Assembly: GCA_902475285.1 (NCBI GenBank)
Contig: CABRZA010000001.1
Coordinates: forward strand, 1 to 48,423
DNA length: 48,423 bases
Origin: an uncultured Porphyromonadaceae bacterium
GTDB lineage: Bacteria; Bacteroidota; Bacteroidia; Bacteroidales; Muribaculaceae
Reading direction: 5' to 3'
Position numbers and translations under genes: made by a program. Every line of letters begins with the position of its first letter. Positions within the stretch are counted from its first letter, which is position 1. Below the pieces are notes generated by a model. The model worked only from the letters and a program-made list of their open reading frames with translations, made no database searches and was not told the origin of the DNA. Positions 31,203 to 40,961 of the stretch are shown in pieces.

Positions 31203-31856
31203 ATGACCGACAAGAATAATCCCGACATATCCTTGCAGCTGCCGGAGCCCACACTCCGGCGTCTGCCGTGGTATCTGGCTTATATGTCGACACTCCATGC
31301 CGCCGACGTGGAGTATATCTCAACCACCGGAATGGCAAAGGCGCTCTCTGTCGACCCCTCGCAGATTGCCAAAGACCTCTCCTTCCTCGGAATCAGGGGC
31401 AAGACGCGCATAGGATATCGCGTCGACGAGCTCGAAGGCACACTCCGCGACTTCCTCGGCTTCGGCCGCCGGCACAACGCCATCATGATGGGCGCCGGCA
31501 GCCTCGGCGCAGCTCTAATCGCCGACAGCGGCCTCCAGCGCTACGGCCTCAACATCGTGGCCGGCATCGACATAAACCCCGCCCTCATAGGCACGACAAT
31601 CAACGGCGTCGAGATACACGCCCCCGAGAGCATCCCCGACCTCGTGGCTCGCCTCAAGGCGGTGATAGGAATCATAGCAGTACCCGTCGACAGCGCCCAG
31701 TCGGCTTCCGACACCCTCACTGCCGCCGGCGTACGCGCTATATGGAATTTCACTCCCTCGCGCATATGCGTACCCGAAGGCTGCGTCATCGCCAACACGT
31801 CGATCTATTCACATCTCGCCGTGATGTACAACCGCCTGTCGCTCCTCGACCTATGA
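31203..31856 (+). CDS. rex: Redox-sensing transcriptional repressor Rex
   Basis: LPEPTLRRLPWY, QIAKDLS..G.RGKTRIGY, GAGSLG.AL, AIWNFTP; TAATTTTG -7 box at 31187-31194. Confidence 0.95.
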   Translation: MTDKNNPDISLQLPEPTLRRLPWYLAYMSTLHAADVEYISTTGMAKALSVDPSQIAKDLSFLGIRGKTRIGYRVDELEGTLRDFLGFGRRHNAIMMGAGSLGAALIADSGLQRYGLNIVAGIDINPALIGTTINGVEIHAPESIPDLVARLKAVIGIIAVPVDSAQSASDTLTAAGVRAIWNFTPSRICVPEGCVIANTSIYSHLAVMYNRLSLLDL

Positions 31857-32410
31857 AATCGATATTCTATACCGATATCGACGAAGGACCGGTGATGAAG
31901 ATCGGCGTCGACTCGGCCCTCCACCGCCCGGCCGAACCCCTCTTCCTCCCCGACGAAAGCCACAACTGCACAATCCTCCTCGTGCCCGCCCTCCGGATAA
32001 GCCGCCTGGGGAAGTGCATCCCCCCCGCCAAAGCGGCCGAATACTACGACGCCGCAACCGTCGCCGCCGTCTTCCTCACCCCGGCATCGTGGGGCCTGCA
32101 ACCGCTGACCGCCGACGACACCCTCACCCTCGGCCGTTGGCTTCCTGCCGACTCTCTCCCCGCCGAAGCATCGGCTGCCGTCAGCGCTCTCGACGGCACC
32201 CTCCTCCAACCCGCGCAAAAGTGGCCAACCGGGCTCACGGCCCATGCAGCGGCAACAGCCGTCGCCCACGCCTCGCGACACATGACGCTCAAAAACGGCG
32301 ACGTCATCCTCCTTGCCCGAGCGGCATACCGCATCGCGCCTCCGCAATGCGACACCCTCATCGACGCCGACTTAGGCGCTGAAAACGTCCTATCGTTAAA
32401 ATTGAAATAA
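31853..32410 (+). CDS. Degenerate fumarylacetoacetate-hydrolase-like protein
   Basis: ATG overlaps rex stop; DSAL....PLFLP, RISRLGKCI...A.EYYDA, MTLKNGDVIL match the Bacteroidales FAH family, but the metal-binding acidic residues are not recognisable. Confidence 0.6.
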   Translation: MKSIFYTDIDEGPVMKIGVDSALHRPAEPLFLPDESHNCTILLVPALRISRLGKCIPPAKAAEYYDAATVAAVFLTPASWGLQPLTADDTLTLGRWLPADSLPAEASAAVSALDGTLLQPAQKWPTGLTAHAAATAVAHASRHMTLKNGDVILLARAAYRIAPPQCDTLIDADLGAENVLSLKLK

Positions 32411-32438
32411 TTACCTCGGAAAGAGTCAATATAACGCT

Positions 32439-35400
32439 ATGTCTAATATCCTTCGTTCACTTCTTCTGACTGTCGGCATAATCTCGCCGCTGTTGTCGTG
32501 GGCATATCCGGCAAGCTACTACACGCCGCTGTCGGCCCTCGCCGACGGTCTGTGGGTAAAAGTCGAAATCGACGAATCGGGTATCTACGAAATATCCTAC
32601 GACCAACTCCGCGAGTGGGGCTTCTCCGACCCCGCAAAAGTCAACGTCTACGGCTACGGCGGCATGATGGCCAACGAGCACACATTCCCCAGCGACATGC
32701 CCGACGACATGCCCCTTGCTCCCGCCATACACACCCCCGACGGACGTGTGATATTCTACGCCGACGGTGCCTTCCGCGCCACAATCGACCGCCCCACCAC
32801 CGCCAACCCGCAGCGACTCCGCTTTGCCCGCAACCCATACACCGACGCCGTGACATACTTCCTCTCCGACGTCAAAGTAGCGCCGCAACCCCTTACCCCC
32901 GTGCCCTTCAAGGCCGAGACCGACGGTAAGGCAATACGCAACTGGAGCTACGCCTACGACCGCGCCGAAAACGACGTGCAGAACGTATGCGAAGCCGGAT
33001 ATATGTACCACGACCGAAAGATGGCCGCCGGCGACGCCGTCGAGTACGAACTATCGATAAGGGATTTCGGCTGGAACAACAGCACCGACCCCAGAGCCTA
33101 TGTCCGCTACGACGCCTACATCAACTCACCCAACCGCCACAACCTTTCCGTGGCCGTCGAGGGCGACGTGACGGTCGACATAGCCCGCAACGACGCAACT
33201 CCCTCCAACGCCACCCCAACCCGCAACTACGTCGAAGCCGCCGCAAACTCATACATAAGCCTCAAAGAAACAGCCGACCACTCCTTGCAGGACGTTTCAT
33301 TCAAGCTCTCCATTGGCCTCCCGGCGTCGTTCGACGGATCGTATATGGCCGTCGACAGAGCATATGTGTTCTATCCCCGCATCAACCGAATGCACTCCGA
33401 CGAGTCGGAGCTAATGATGATGATGGCAAAGCGCGACTTCATCAACCAGAACTTCACCATCGAGAACACCGGCGACGACCTGGTGATATGGAACGTCACC
33501 AAACCCCTCAACGTACTCTCCTATGAGTATGTATACTCTCCCGAGACTCGCACCGCCACCGCATGCTACGGCGCCCAGTACCGCGACAGTCAGCAGCGCT
33601 TCGTGGCCTTCAACCTCTCAACACCGCACCGCAAGCCCCGCTATGCCGGAACCCTGCCCAACCAGAACCTCCACGGCCACGACACACCCGACATTCTCAT
33701 CGTGAGCACAGCCTCGCTCCTCGACGGCGCCGAAGAGCTCGCCGACATACACCGCGCACAGGGCCTCGACGTTGTGGTGGCCTCGCAGGACGAAATCTTC
33801 AACGAGTTCGCCGTAGGCACCCGCACCCCGGCAGCCGTGCACCGAATGGCAAAGATGTTCTACGACCGCGAGCCGGGGCGCCTCCGCCACATAGTCCTCT
33901 ACGGCAACTGCACATGGGACATCCGCTTCATCCAGCACGAGCGCTCCGACGCTCTCATATCCCTCGTGGCCGAGAACTACGAGCAGGCGCGCGACGTTGC
34001 TGCAAGCTTTGTCTGCGACCTCTACTTCGGCATGCTCGCCGACGACTACGACCACAGCTACATCTGGAAAATGCCGGCACAGGTATCGGTGGGCAGAATG
34101 CCCGTCACAAGCCTCAGCGTGGCATCAATCGTCAACGACAAGGTGCGCCGCTACCTCGCCTCGCCGCCACCGGTGGCGAGCGCCCTCCGCATAATCAAGT
34201 ACAGCGACGACGGCGACAACGGCCAGCACTTCGCCAACTCCGAACTCGTGGGCGACGCCCTGCTCGAAAATCCCCTCTACACCGTCTTCCGTGGCGACGT
34301 ACTCTTATACCCGCACCACCAGGCCCGCTTCCCCGGCGCCGAGAAAATAATCGACAACACCCTAACCCGCGGAGCCGGGTTCTTCCACTACACCGGCCAC
34401 AGCACCAGTGCGGCGACGACAGCCGAGAACGTATGGAGCTCCAACCGCTCCAAGAACCTCGAGTTCGACTACCCCTCGTTCGGCATTTTCTCCTCGTGCG
34501 ACACTTATCCCCTCGACCGCGAGGCAAACTCCATGGTGCAGCTCATGGTGTCGCAGCCCCGCGGAGGCATGATAGGCATGATAGGCGCCTGCCGCTCAGT
34601 TTACCTCGAGCACAACCAGAGCCTCAGCATGGGCATATCGCACCTCTACGCGCATGCCGAACCCGGCATGACCGGCGCCGATATCCTCCGTGTGGCACGC
34701 AACAACATGATTGCCGACCCCGCAACCTTCTCCGCAGGCCTCGGCTACAACACCCTCTGCTACAACTACTGCGGTGACCCCGCCGTGCCTCTCTCGCTCC
34801 CCACATTCGGCATCGACTTCGACTATCCCGCCGGCGAGACAGCTCCCGTGGCCGGAAAGAGCCACAAGCTCACCGGAAAGGTAACCGACGACAGTGGAAA
34901 CACCGTGACCTACTTCAACGGCCAGGCGCTCGTCGAGATATTCGACGCTCCTACCGAACGCACGACCATACTCCGCGACAGCAACGACGGCAAGGAGCCC
35001 ACAACCGTCAGCTGCGACGAAAACCTCCTCGCCGAGTTCCCGGTTCGTATCGTCGACGGCATTATCGACGCCGACATCGTCATGCCGCAGCCCCAGATTG
35101 AGGGCAAGCCATTCCGCATTGTGGTGTCGGCGCTCGACGACGCCTCGCGCGTAGGAGCAGCAGGTGTCATTCGCGGAAATTCGGTCACCGTCGACGATAC
35201 CCCCGCATCGCAGATGCCACCGCGCATCATCGACTTCGCAATCACACCCGACTCCTACATCGGCGAGTACACACGAGCCAACATAGAGGTCACAGCAACC
35301 ATCGACCCATCCGAATCGGGCCTCTCGGTGGCCACAGGAGGCATACGCAGCAACATCGTCCTCGTCCTCGACGGCAAAACGCGATTCTTGCAGACCCGCA

Positions 35401-35828
35401 ACCTCCTCCGTTATGCCGACGACGGCATTGCCTCATTCTCCATACCCGTCAACGGCCTCTCATTCGGCCGCCACACCCTCGAGCTCTCCCTGGCAAACAA
35501 TGCCGGCCTCGCCGACTCCCGCTCCATCACATTCATAGCCGGAACGGAGAGCCTGGCCGCACTCATGACCGTCGAAGGCGAAACGGCCGCGCGATCCGAA
35601 GTAGTACTCGACATCGACCGCCCCGACACCCGCGCCATGCTTATGATAACCGACGCCGACGGAAACACCGTATTCTCTCGCAACGACGTCGCCTTCCCAT
35701 TCTCATGGAACCTCTGCGGCAACAACGGCAAGCCCGTACCCGACGGCCACTACCGCGCATGGGCAATTCTCGACAACGACGTGGCACGCGGCGCGTCGAA
35801 CAAGGTTGAATTCGTCGTCATAAAATGA
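32439..35828 (+). CDS. Second PorU-like C25 family cysteine peptidase
   Basis: Signal peptide; SALADGLWVKVEIDESGIYEI; NQNLH; IFNEF; VGRMPV; FHYTGH and FSSCD dyad; CGDPAV; Ig-like C-terminus (FSWNL..NGKPVPDGHY). Confidence 0.85.
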   Translation: MSNILRSLLLTVGIISPLLSWAYPASYYTPLSALADGLWVKVEIDESGIYEISYDQLREWGFSDPAKVNVYGYGGMMANEHTFPSDMPDDMPLAPAIHTPDGRVIFYADGAFRATIDRPTTANPQRLRFARNPYTDAVTYFLSDVKVAPQPLTPVPFKAETDGKAIRNWSYAYDRAENDVQNVCEAGYMYHDRKMAAGDAVEYELSIRDFGWNNSTDPRAYVRYDAYINSPNRHNLSVAVEGDVTVDIARNDATPSNATPTRNYVEAAANSYISLKETADHSLQDVSFKLSIGLPASFDGSYMAVDRAYVFYPRINRMHSDESELMMMMAKRDFINQNFTIENTGDDLVIWNVTKPLNVLSYEYVYSPETRTATACYGAQYRDSQQRFVAFNLSTPHRKPRYAGTLPNQNLHGHDTPDILIVSTASLLDGAEELADIHRAQGLDVVVASQDEIFNEFAVGTRTPAAVHRMAKMFYDREPGRLRHIVLYGNCTWDIRFIQHERSDALISLVAENYEQARDVAASFVCDLYFGMLADDYDHSYIWKMPAQVSVGRMPVTSLSVASIVNDKVRRYLASPPPVASALRIIKYSDDGDNGQHFANSELVGDALLENPLYTVFRGDVLLYPHHQARFPGAEKIIDNTLTRGAGFFHYTGHSTSAATTAENVWSSNRSKNLEFDYPSFGIFSSCDTYPLDREANSMVQLMVSQPRGGMIGMIGACRSVYLEHNQSLSMGISHLYAHAEPGMTGADILRVARNNMIADPATFSAGLGYNTLCYNYCGDPAVPLSLPTFGIDFDYPAGETAPVAGKSHKLTGKVTDDSGNTVTYFNGQALVEIFDAPTERTTILRDSNDGKEPTTVSCDENLLAEFPVRIVDGIIDADIVMPQPQIEGKPFRIVVSALDDASRVGAAGVIRGNSVTVDDTPASQMPPRIIDFAITPDSYIGEYTRANIEVTATIDPSESGLSVATGGIRSNIVLVLDGKTRFLQTRNLLRYADDGIASFSIPVNGLSFGRHTLELSLANNAGLADSRSITFIAGTESLAALMTVEGETAARSEVVLDIDRPDTRAMLMITDADGNTVFSRNDVAFPFSWNLCGNNGKPVPDGHYRAWAILDNDVARGASNKVEFVVIK

Positions 35829-37303
35829 TTCTTATGCTACGCCATACCATCCTCACCATCGCCCTTGCCTGCGGCGCGTCGGCATGGGCTCTTGAAATCA
35901 CATCAGCTCCCGGCACCATCGCCGCACTCGTCGGCGCCGATGCCGAAAAGGCCACAGAGCTCACCGTCAAAGGCGCCGTCGACGCTTCCGACCTCTTCTT
36001 CATCGCCGACGAAATGCCCGCGCTCACACGCCTCGACCTCGGCGATGCCGTCATTGTGGCTTATCGGGGCAAAGCCCTGAAAGGCTGCGAAACCTACGCC
36101 GCCGCCACTGTGCCCGCACTGTGCTTCGCCGGAAGCCGCATCGCCGACGTTGTGTTCCCCCGACAGGAAGGCCTCGTCATCGACGACGGCGCTTTCGCCT
36201 CCTCGGCCCTCGCTGCCGTCGCAATCAGCTCCTCGAAGGCAACCCTCGGCGAAGGTGCCTTCGCCGCATGTCAGGCACTCGTATCGGCGGCCGTTGCTCC
36301 TTCGGCGAAGTTCGAAGGCTACGTCTTCCGCGACTGCAAGGCTCTCGAAAGCGTCGAGTTGCACGGCGGCAATGCCCTCGGAGCCTACGACTTCGCCGGC
36401 TGCTCGGCGCTCGTCGCCGTCGGCGGCACGGTCAACCTCACCGTCATACCCGAAGCTTGCTTCCAGAACTGCTCCTCACTCGCCGACTTCGAGTTCAGCG
36501 ACAAGCTCTCCGCCATAGGCCCGCGAGCATTCCAGAACACAGCACTCGCGTCGGCGCGCATATCCTCGCCACTCAAAAGCGTCGGGGCATGGGCTTTCGC
36601 CGGATGCGCCGACCTCGTCGACGTCGAGCTGCCGGCTTCTGTCGCCACCCTCGGCGAAGGGGCTTTCTTCGAGTGCCCCGAACTCACGCACTTCACCGTG
36701 CCCGCTGCATGCACCGAAGTATCCGCATATCTTCATAAGGACAACGCCGCACTCGCCACTCTCGACATCCCCGCAGGCACGGCAGCAATAGGCCAATACG
36801 CACTCAAAGGCGCAGGCGTCGACTCCCTCATCCTCCCGGCATCGCTGGCTTCGATAGGCACCGGAGCAATGGCCGACGCATCGAAGCTTTCCGGCATCAA
36901 CGCACGCGAGCTCCGCGCAGTTCCCGCTCTCGGCAACGACGTGTGGGAAGGCGTCGACCAGAAGCTCGTCACACTCAACGTCGACCAACAGCTCCTCGAC
37001 GAATTCCGCAACGCACCGCAGTGGCAGGAGTTCGACATACAGTCGATTGAAACCGGCATCGTCGACGCCCCCCTTGCATCAGGCATCGTCGTGCGAGGAG
37101 CATACACCGCCCGCGCTCTCATGATTAAGACCGGCGGCGACATCCTCGACCGCGTCGAAGTGTTCGACCTCGACGGCCGTCTTCTCCTCTCCGAGGCTGT
37201 AGGCGCCGACAGCGCCGTCTTCGAGCCCTTCCACGCCGACATCGTCCTGGTGCGCTGCTACCTCGAAGGCAACGTCGCAACTCTCAAACTCGCCAGACTG
37301 TAA
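35825..37303 (+). CDS. BspA-type leucine-rich repeat surface protein with putative T9SS C-terminal domain
   Basis: Signal peptide; repeats such as LGEGAFAACQAL, IGPRAFQNTAL, VGAWAFAGCADL; AP.WQEF then TGI...VEVFDLDGRLL...TLKL. Confidence 0.82.
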   Translation: MILMLRHTILTIALACGASAWALEITSAPGTIAALVGADAEKATELTVKGAVDASDLFFIADEMPALTRLDLGDAVIVAYRGKALKGCETYAAATVPALCFAGSRIADVVFPRQEGLVIDDGAFASSALAAVAISSSKATLGEGAFAACQALVSAAVAPSAKFEGYVFRDCKALESVELHGGNALGAYDFAGCSALVAVGGTVNLTVIPEACFQNCSSLADFEFSDKLSAIGPRAFQNTALASARISSPLKSVGAWAFAGCADLVDVELPASVATLGEGAFFECPELTHFTVPAACTEVSAYLHKDNAALATLDIPAGTAAIGQYALKGAGVDSLILPASLASIGTGAMADASKLSGINARELRAVPALGNDVWEGVDQKLVTLNVDQQLLDEFRNAPQWQEFDIQSIETGIVDAPLASGIVVRGAYTARALMIKTGGDILDRVEVFDLDGRLLLSEAVGADSAVFEPFHADIVLVRCYLEGNVATLKLARL

Positions 37304-38089
37304 ATGGGCAAGAACAAACTCAAAAAGTTCGCCGACCTCGAACAGAACCCCCTCGTCCTCCAATATCCCTTCGGACCCCTCTCCGCCGAGCCTTTCGCGC
37401 TCCGCGGCCGCTGGGGCGCCGACTTTTTCGGCAACGACCTCCCAATCGTCCTCGAGCTCGGTTGCGGCAAGGGTGAATATACCGTGGGCATGGCGCGCGC
37501 CGACGCCTCGCGCAATTTCATCGGCATCGACATAAAGGGCGCCAGAATATGGACCGGCGCTACAGCCGCCCTACGTGCGGGCATGACCAACGTGGCCTTC
37601 CTCCGCACATCCATCGAGCTCCTCGAACGCTTCTTCGCACCGGGAGAAGTGGCCGAGATATGGATTACCTTCCCCGACCCGCAGATGAAGAAGGCCTCCA
37701 AGCGCCTAACGGGAACCCGCATGATGGGCGTATACTCGCACGTCATGGCTCCCGGCGGACGAATACATCTCAAAACCGACAGCCCCTTCCTCTACGCCTA
37801 CACCCGACTCATGGCCCTCCGAAACGGCCTCGATGTCGGCCTCGACATACCCGACGTGCACGGCTCCGACGAAGGCCCCGAATACCTCCGCGACATCCGC
37901 ACACACTACGAGCAGCAGTGGCTCGACCGTGGCCTCACAATAAAATACCTCTCATTCACCGTCCCCGCGACCGACGCCCTTCTGGCCGAACCGCCTGAAG
38001 CCGCCGAACTTGAGCCCGACACTTATCGTTCTTATTCGAGAGGCTACATTCAGATGCCCCAACTCATAGCCGACAAAGACACAGAATAA
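37304..38089 (+). CDS. trmB: tRNA (guanine-N7)-methyltransferase
   Basis: LELGCGKGEY, GIDIKGAR, WITFPDPQ, HLKTDS, T.YE..W. Confidence 0.94.
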   Translation: MGKNKLKKFADLEQNPLVLQYPFGPLSAEPFALRGRWGADFFGNDLPIVLELGCGKGEYTVGMARADASRNFIGIDIKGARIWTGATAALRAGMTNVAFLRTSIELLERFFAPGEVAEIWITFPDPQMKKASKRLTGTRMMGVYSHVMAPGGRIHLKTDSPFLYAYTRLMALRNGLDVGLDIPDVHGSDEGPEYLRDIRTHYEQQWLDRGLTIKYLSFTVPATDALLAEPPEAAELEPDTYRSYSRGYIQMPQLIADKDTE

Positions 38090-38090
38090 T

Positions 38091-39194
38091 ATGGAAACAC
38101 TATACCCCCGCCTTATCACCGACGCCCTCGCCACTGTCCGCTACCCGGGCAAGCAGCAGTCGATCGTCGACCTCGACATGGTGGCCGACGACATCCGCAT
38201 CGACGGAAACAAGGTGAGCTTCACAATAGTCTTCGACAAACCCACCGACCCCTTCCGAGCATCAGTCGCCAAGGCCGCAGCCGCGGCAGTACGCCTCGCC
38301 GCTCCCGACGCCGACGTAACCGTCAACACAGCCTTCCGCAACGGAACCGAAGCCGCGCCCAAGCCCCCGGTCCTCCCCGGTGTCGACAACATCGTGGCCG
38401 TATCCTCCGGCAAGGGCGGCGTGGGCAAGAGCACAGTGGCGGCCAACCTCGCCGTGGCCCTCGCCGCCGACGGATTCCGCGTTGGCCTCCTCGACGCCGA
38501 CATCTACGGGCCGTCCATACCAAAGATGTTCGGTCTCGAAGGCACCGAGCTATACATGCGTGAGGTCGACGGACGCAATCTCATCATCCCCGCCGAGCGA
38601 TACGGCGTAAAGGTTCTCTCCATAGGTTTCCTCATCGACCCCGAAAGCGCGGCAGTATGGCGCGGCGCAATGGCATCCAACGCCCTCAAACAGCTCATCG
38701 AGCAGGCCGACTGGGGCGACCTCGACTATTTCCTCATCGACATGCCCCCCGGCACCAGCGACATTCACCTCACCCTCGTGCAGACCCTCGGACTCACCGG
38801 CGCCCTCGTGGTGACAACGCCACAGAAGGTGGCCCTCGCCGACGCGCAAAAAGGCATCGCCATGTTCCGCGACGAGCGCATCAACGTGCCCGTCCTCGGC
38901 ATCGTCGACAACATGGCATGGTTCACCCCAGAGTTGCACCCAACCGAGCGCTACTACCTCTTCGGCGACGACGCCAACGTCGACGCCCTTGCCGAGCACT
39001 ACCATGTGCCCGTGCTCGCCCGAATTCCACTCGTGGCAGGTATAGGCGACCACTCCGACGCAGGCTCGCCCATAGCCCTCGAAGAAACAATGTCGGCTCA
39101 GGCTTTCGCTCACCTCGCCCACGAGGTGAGCGCCGCCGTCGACGAGCGCAACAGCCAGCTCCCGCCAACGCAGAAGGTCGAAGTAAAGCATTGA
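38091..39194 (+). CDS. mrp: Mrp/NBP35 family Fe-S carrier ATPase
   Basis: VSSGKGGVGKSTVAANLA, DADIYGPS, WRGAMA, DMPPGTSD, VTTPQ. Confidence 0.93.
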   Translation: METLYPRLITDALATVRYPGKQQSIVDLDMVADDIRIDGNKVSFTIVFDKPTDPFRASVAKAAAAAVRLAAPDADVTVNTAFRNGTEAAPKPPVLPGVDNIVAVSSGKGGVGKSTVAANLAVALAADGFRVGLLDADIYGPSIPKMFGLEGTELYMREVDGRNLIIPAERYGVKVLSIGFLIDPESAAVWRGAMASNALKQLIEQADWGDLDYFLIDMPPGTSDIHLTLVQTLGLTGALVVTTPQKVALADAQKGIAMFRDERINVPVLGIVDNMAWFTPELHPTERYYLFGDDANVDALAEHYHVPVLARIPLVAGIGDHSDAGSPIALEETMSAQAFAHLAHEVSAAVDERNSQLPPTQKVEVKH

Positions 39195-39199
39195 CACTC

Positions 39200-39652
39200 A
39201 TGGCAGAATCAAAGCGATACATCCTATTAGTCCACGGGCCAAACCTAAACCTCCTCGGCACTCGCCAGCCCGAAATATACGGCACCGAAACCCTCGACGA
39301 CATCAACCGAAACATCGTCCTCCAAAGCTCCGACGCATGCGAGTACCTCACCGTGCAGCACAATGCCGAGGGCGACATAATCGACGCCATACACAAGGCC
39401 GGTACCGACGCAAACTGCGTCGGCATAGTCCTCAACGCCGGGGCATACACCCATTATTCCTACGCCATCGCCGACGCCATTGCCTCGGTCGACAAACCCG
39501 TCATTGAAGTGCACCTCTCCAACGTCTTCGCCCGCGACGAGCAGTTCCGTTCCACTTCGGTAATAGCCCCCGTCTGCGTAGGCTCGCTCGCCGGCTTCGG
39601 CTGGCCCGGCTACGTAATGGCCGCCAAATTCCTCGAAGCCAACTACATGTAG
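39200..39652 (+). CDS. aroQ: Type II 3-dehydroquinate dehydratase
   Basis: HGPNLNLLGTRQPEIYG, NAGAYTHYS, IEVHLSNV.ARD.FR..S; start ATG 39200. Confidence 0.95.
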   Translation: MAESKRYILLVHGPNLNLLGTRQPEIYGTETLDDINRNIVLQSSDACEYLTVQHNAEGDIIDAIHKAGTDANCVGIVLNAGAYTHYSYAIADAIASVDKPVIEVHLSNVFARDEQFRSTSVIAPVCVGSLAGFGWPGYVMAAKFLEANYM

Positions 39653-39654
39653 TC

Positions 39655-40680
39655 ATGGAAGAGCAGAAGAAAACACTCCTCGTCGTCGGCGCCGGCGGTT
39701 TCATCGGCGGCTTCATTTGCGCCGAGGGCCTCCGCCGCGACTTCGACGTCTGGGCAGGCGTACGCGCCTCGACTTCCCGGCGTTATCTCGCCGACGAACG
39801 CCTGCACATCGTCGACTTCGACTACGACGACCCCGTCGAACTCCGCCGTCAGCTCGCCGACGCCGCTCCGTTGGGTGGCTGGGACTGGATAATATACAAC
39901 CTCGGTGCCACGAAGTGCCTCAATTTCGGCGACTTCAACCGAATCAACTACGAGTACCTTCGAAACTTCGTCACCGCTCTCGAGCGCGGCAACCTCATGC
40001 CCCGCCGCTTCCTCTACATGAGCTCCCTCAGCGCACTAGGCGAAGCCGACGAGAAAGACTACTCACCCATCACCCCCGACACCCCCGCGCGACCCAACAC
40101 ACGCTACGGCCTGTCCAAAATCAAGGCCGAGACATTCCTCTCCACACGCCCCGACGTCCCCTGGACAATCTTCCGAGCGACAGGCGTCTACGGCCCACAC
40201 GAGCGCGACTATCTCATGATGATTCAGTGCATCGACCGCCACTTCGACTTCGGCGTCGGCTTCCGCCGACAGATGCTCACATTCATCTACGTCGACGACC
40301 TCGTCGGCGCAATGTTCGACGCCCTCGCCGCCGACCGTACACTCCACCGCCGATACATCATCAGCGAGCCCAGGGCATATTCCCAGACAGAGTTCCGCCG
40401 CATCGTCGCCAAGGCCCTCGGACGCAAGGCAGTCGTGCCCGTGCGCTTGCCTCTGTGGGCCGCATATGTGGCCAGCTGCGCCGCCGAGATGTGGAGCCAC
40501 ATAAGCCTCAAACCATCCACGCTCAACCGCGACAAGTTCCGAATCATGCGCCAGCGCAACTGGAACTGCTCCGTGCAGGAAGCCGTCGACGACTTCGGCT
40601 TCCACGCCGACTTCCCCCTCGAGCGCGGCATCGAGGAGACCGTCAAGGCATACCTCGCCGAGAAAAACAAGAAAAAATGA
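39655..40680 (+). CDS. NAD-dependent epimerase/dehydratase (extended SDR)
   Basis: GAGGFIG, YMSSL, YGLSK (YxxxK), VYGP, FIYVDDL. Confidence 0.88.
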   Translation: MEEQKKTLLVVGAGGFIGGFICAEGLRRDFDVWAGVRASTSRRYLADERLHIVDFDYDDPVELRRQLADAAPLGGWDWIIYNLGATKCLNFGDFNRINYEYLRNFVTALERGNLMPRRFLYMSSLSALGEADEKDYSPITPDTPARPNTRYGLSKIKAETFLSTRPDVPWTIFRATGVYGPHERDYLMMIQCIDRHFDFGVGFRRQMLTFIYVDDLVGAMFDALAADRTLHRRYIISEPRAYSQTEFRRIVAKALGRKAVVPVRLPLWAAYVASCAAEMWSHISLKPSTLNRDKFRIMRQRNWNCSVQEAVDDFGFHADFPLERGIEETVKAYLAEKNKKK

Positions 40681-40961
40681 CCGACGACGACATCCCCCGC
40701 CAGTCAGTCCCCGCATGGCTCGTCGTCCTGCTGGTGCTCATCTGCGTGCCCATCGCCGCCATGCCCTGGCTCATAAGCGACTTCCCGCCCATCCCCGAGG
40801 CACGCTTGCTCCTCACCGGCTACCCCGCGGCCATTGTCCTCGGCTCCGTATGCGCCGCCCTATGCTGGCGCCGCCGACGCCCCGAGCTCACATGGATTCT
40901 CGTCGCCGTAATAATACTCATGCACCTCGCCATGTGGCTCACCACTGCTACCTGGATATGA
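40677..40961 (+). CDS. Small three-TM membrane protein
   Basis: MTDDDIPRQSVPAWLVVLL...; three hydrophobic segments; ATGA overlaps on both sides. Confidence 0.7.
   Translation: MTDDDIPRQSVPAWLVVLLVLICVPIAAMPWLISDFPPIPEARLLLTGYPAAIVLGSVCAALCWRRRRPELTWILVAVIILMHLAMWLTTATWI

Noticed and set aside
29194..31206. 670-aa Arg/Pro-rich same-strand alternative-frame ORF (also 24821-26200, 33563-34777)
   Set aside because: Frame-shifted reading of C-ending codons in real genes
20648..31856. NAD-themed cluster (nadK, TIR NADase, rex)
   Set aside because: Different transcription units separated by unrelated genes; no Rex operator recognised; likely coincidence
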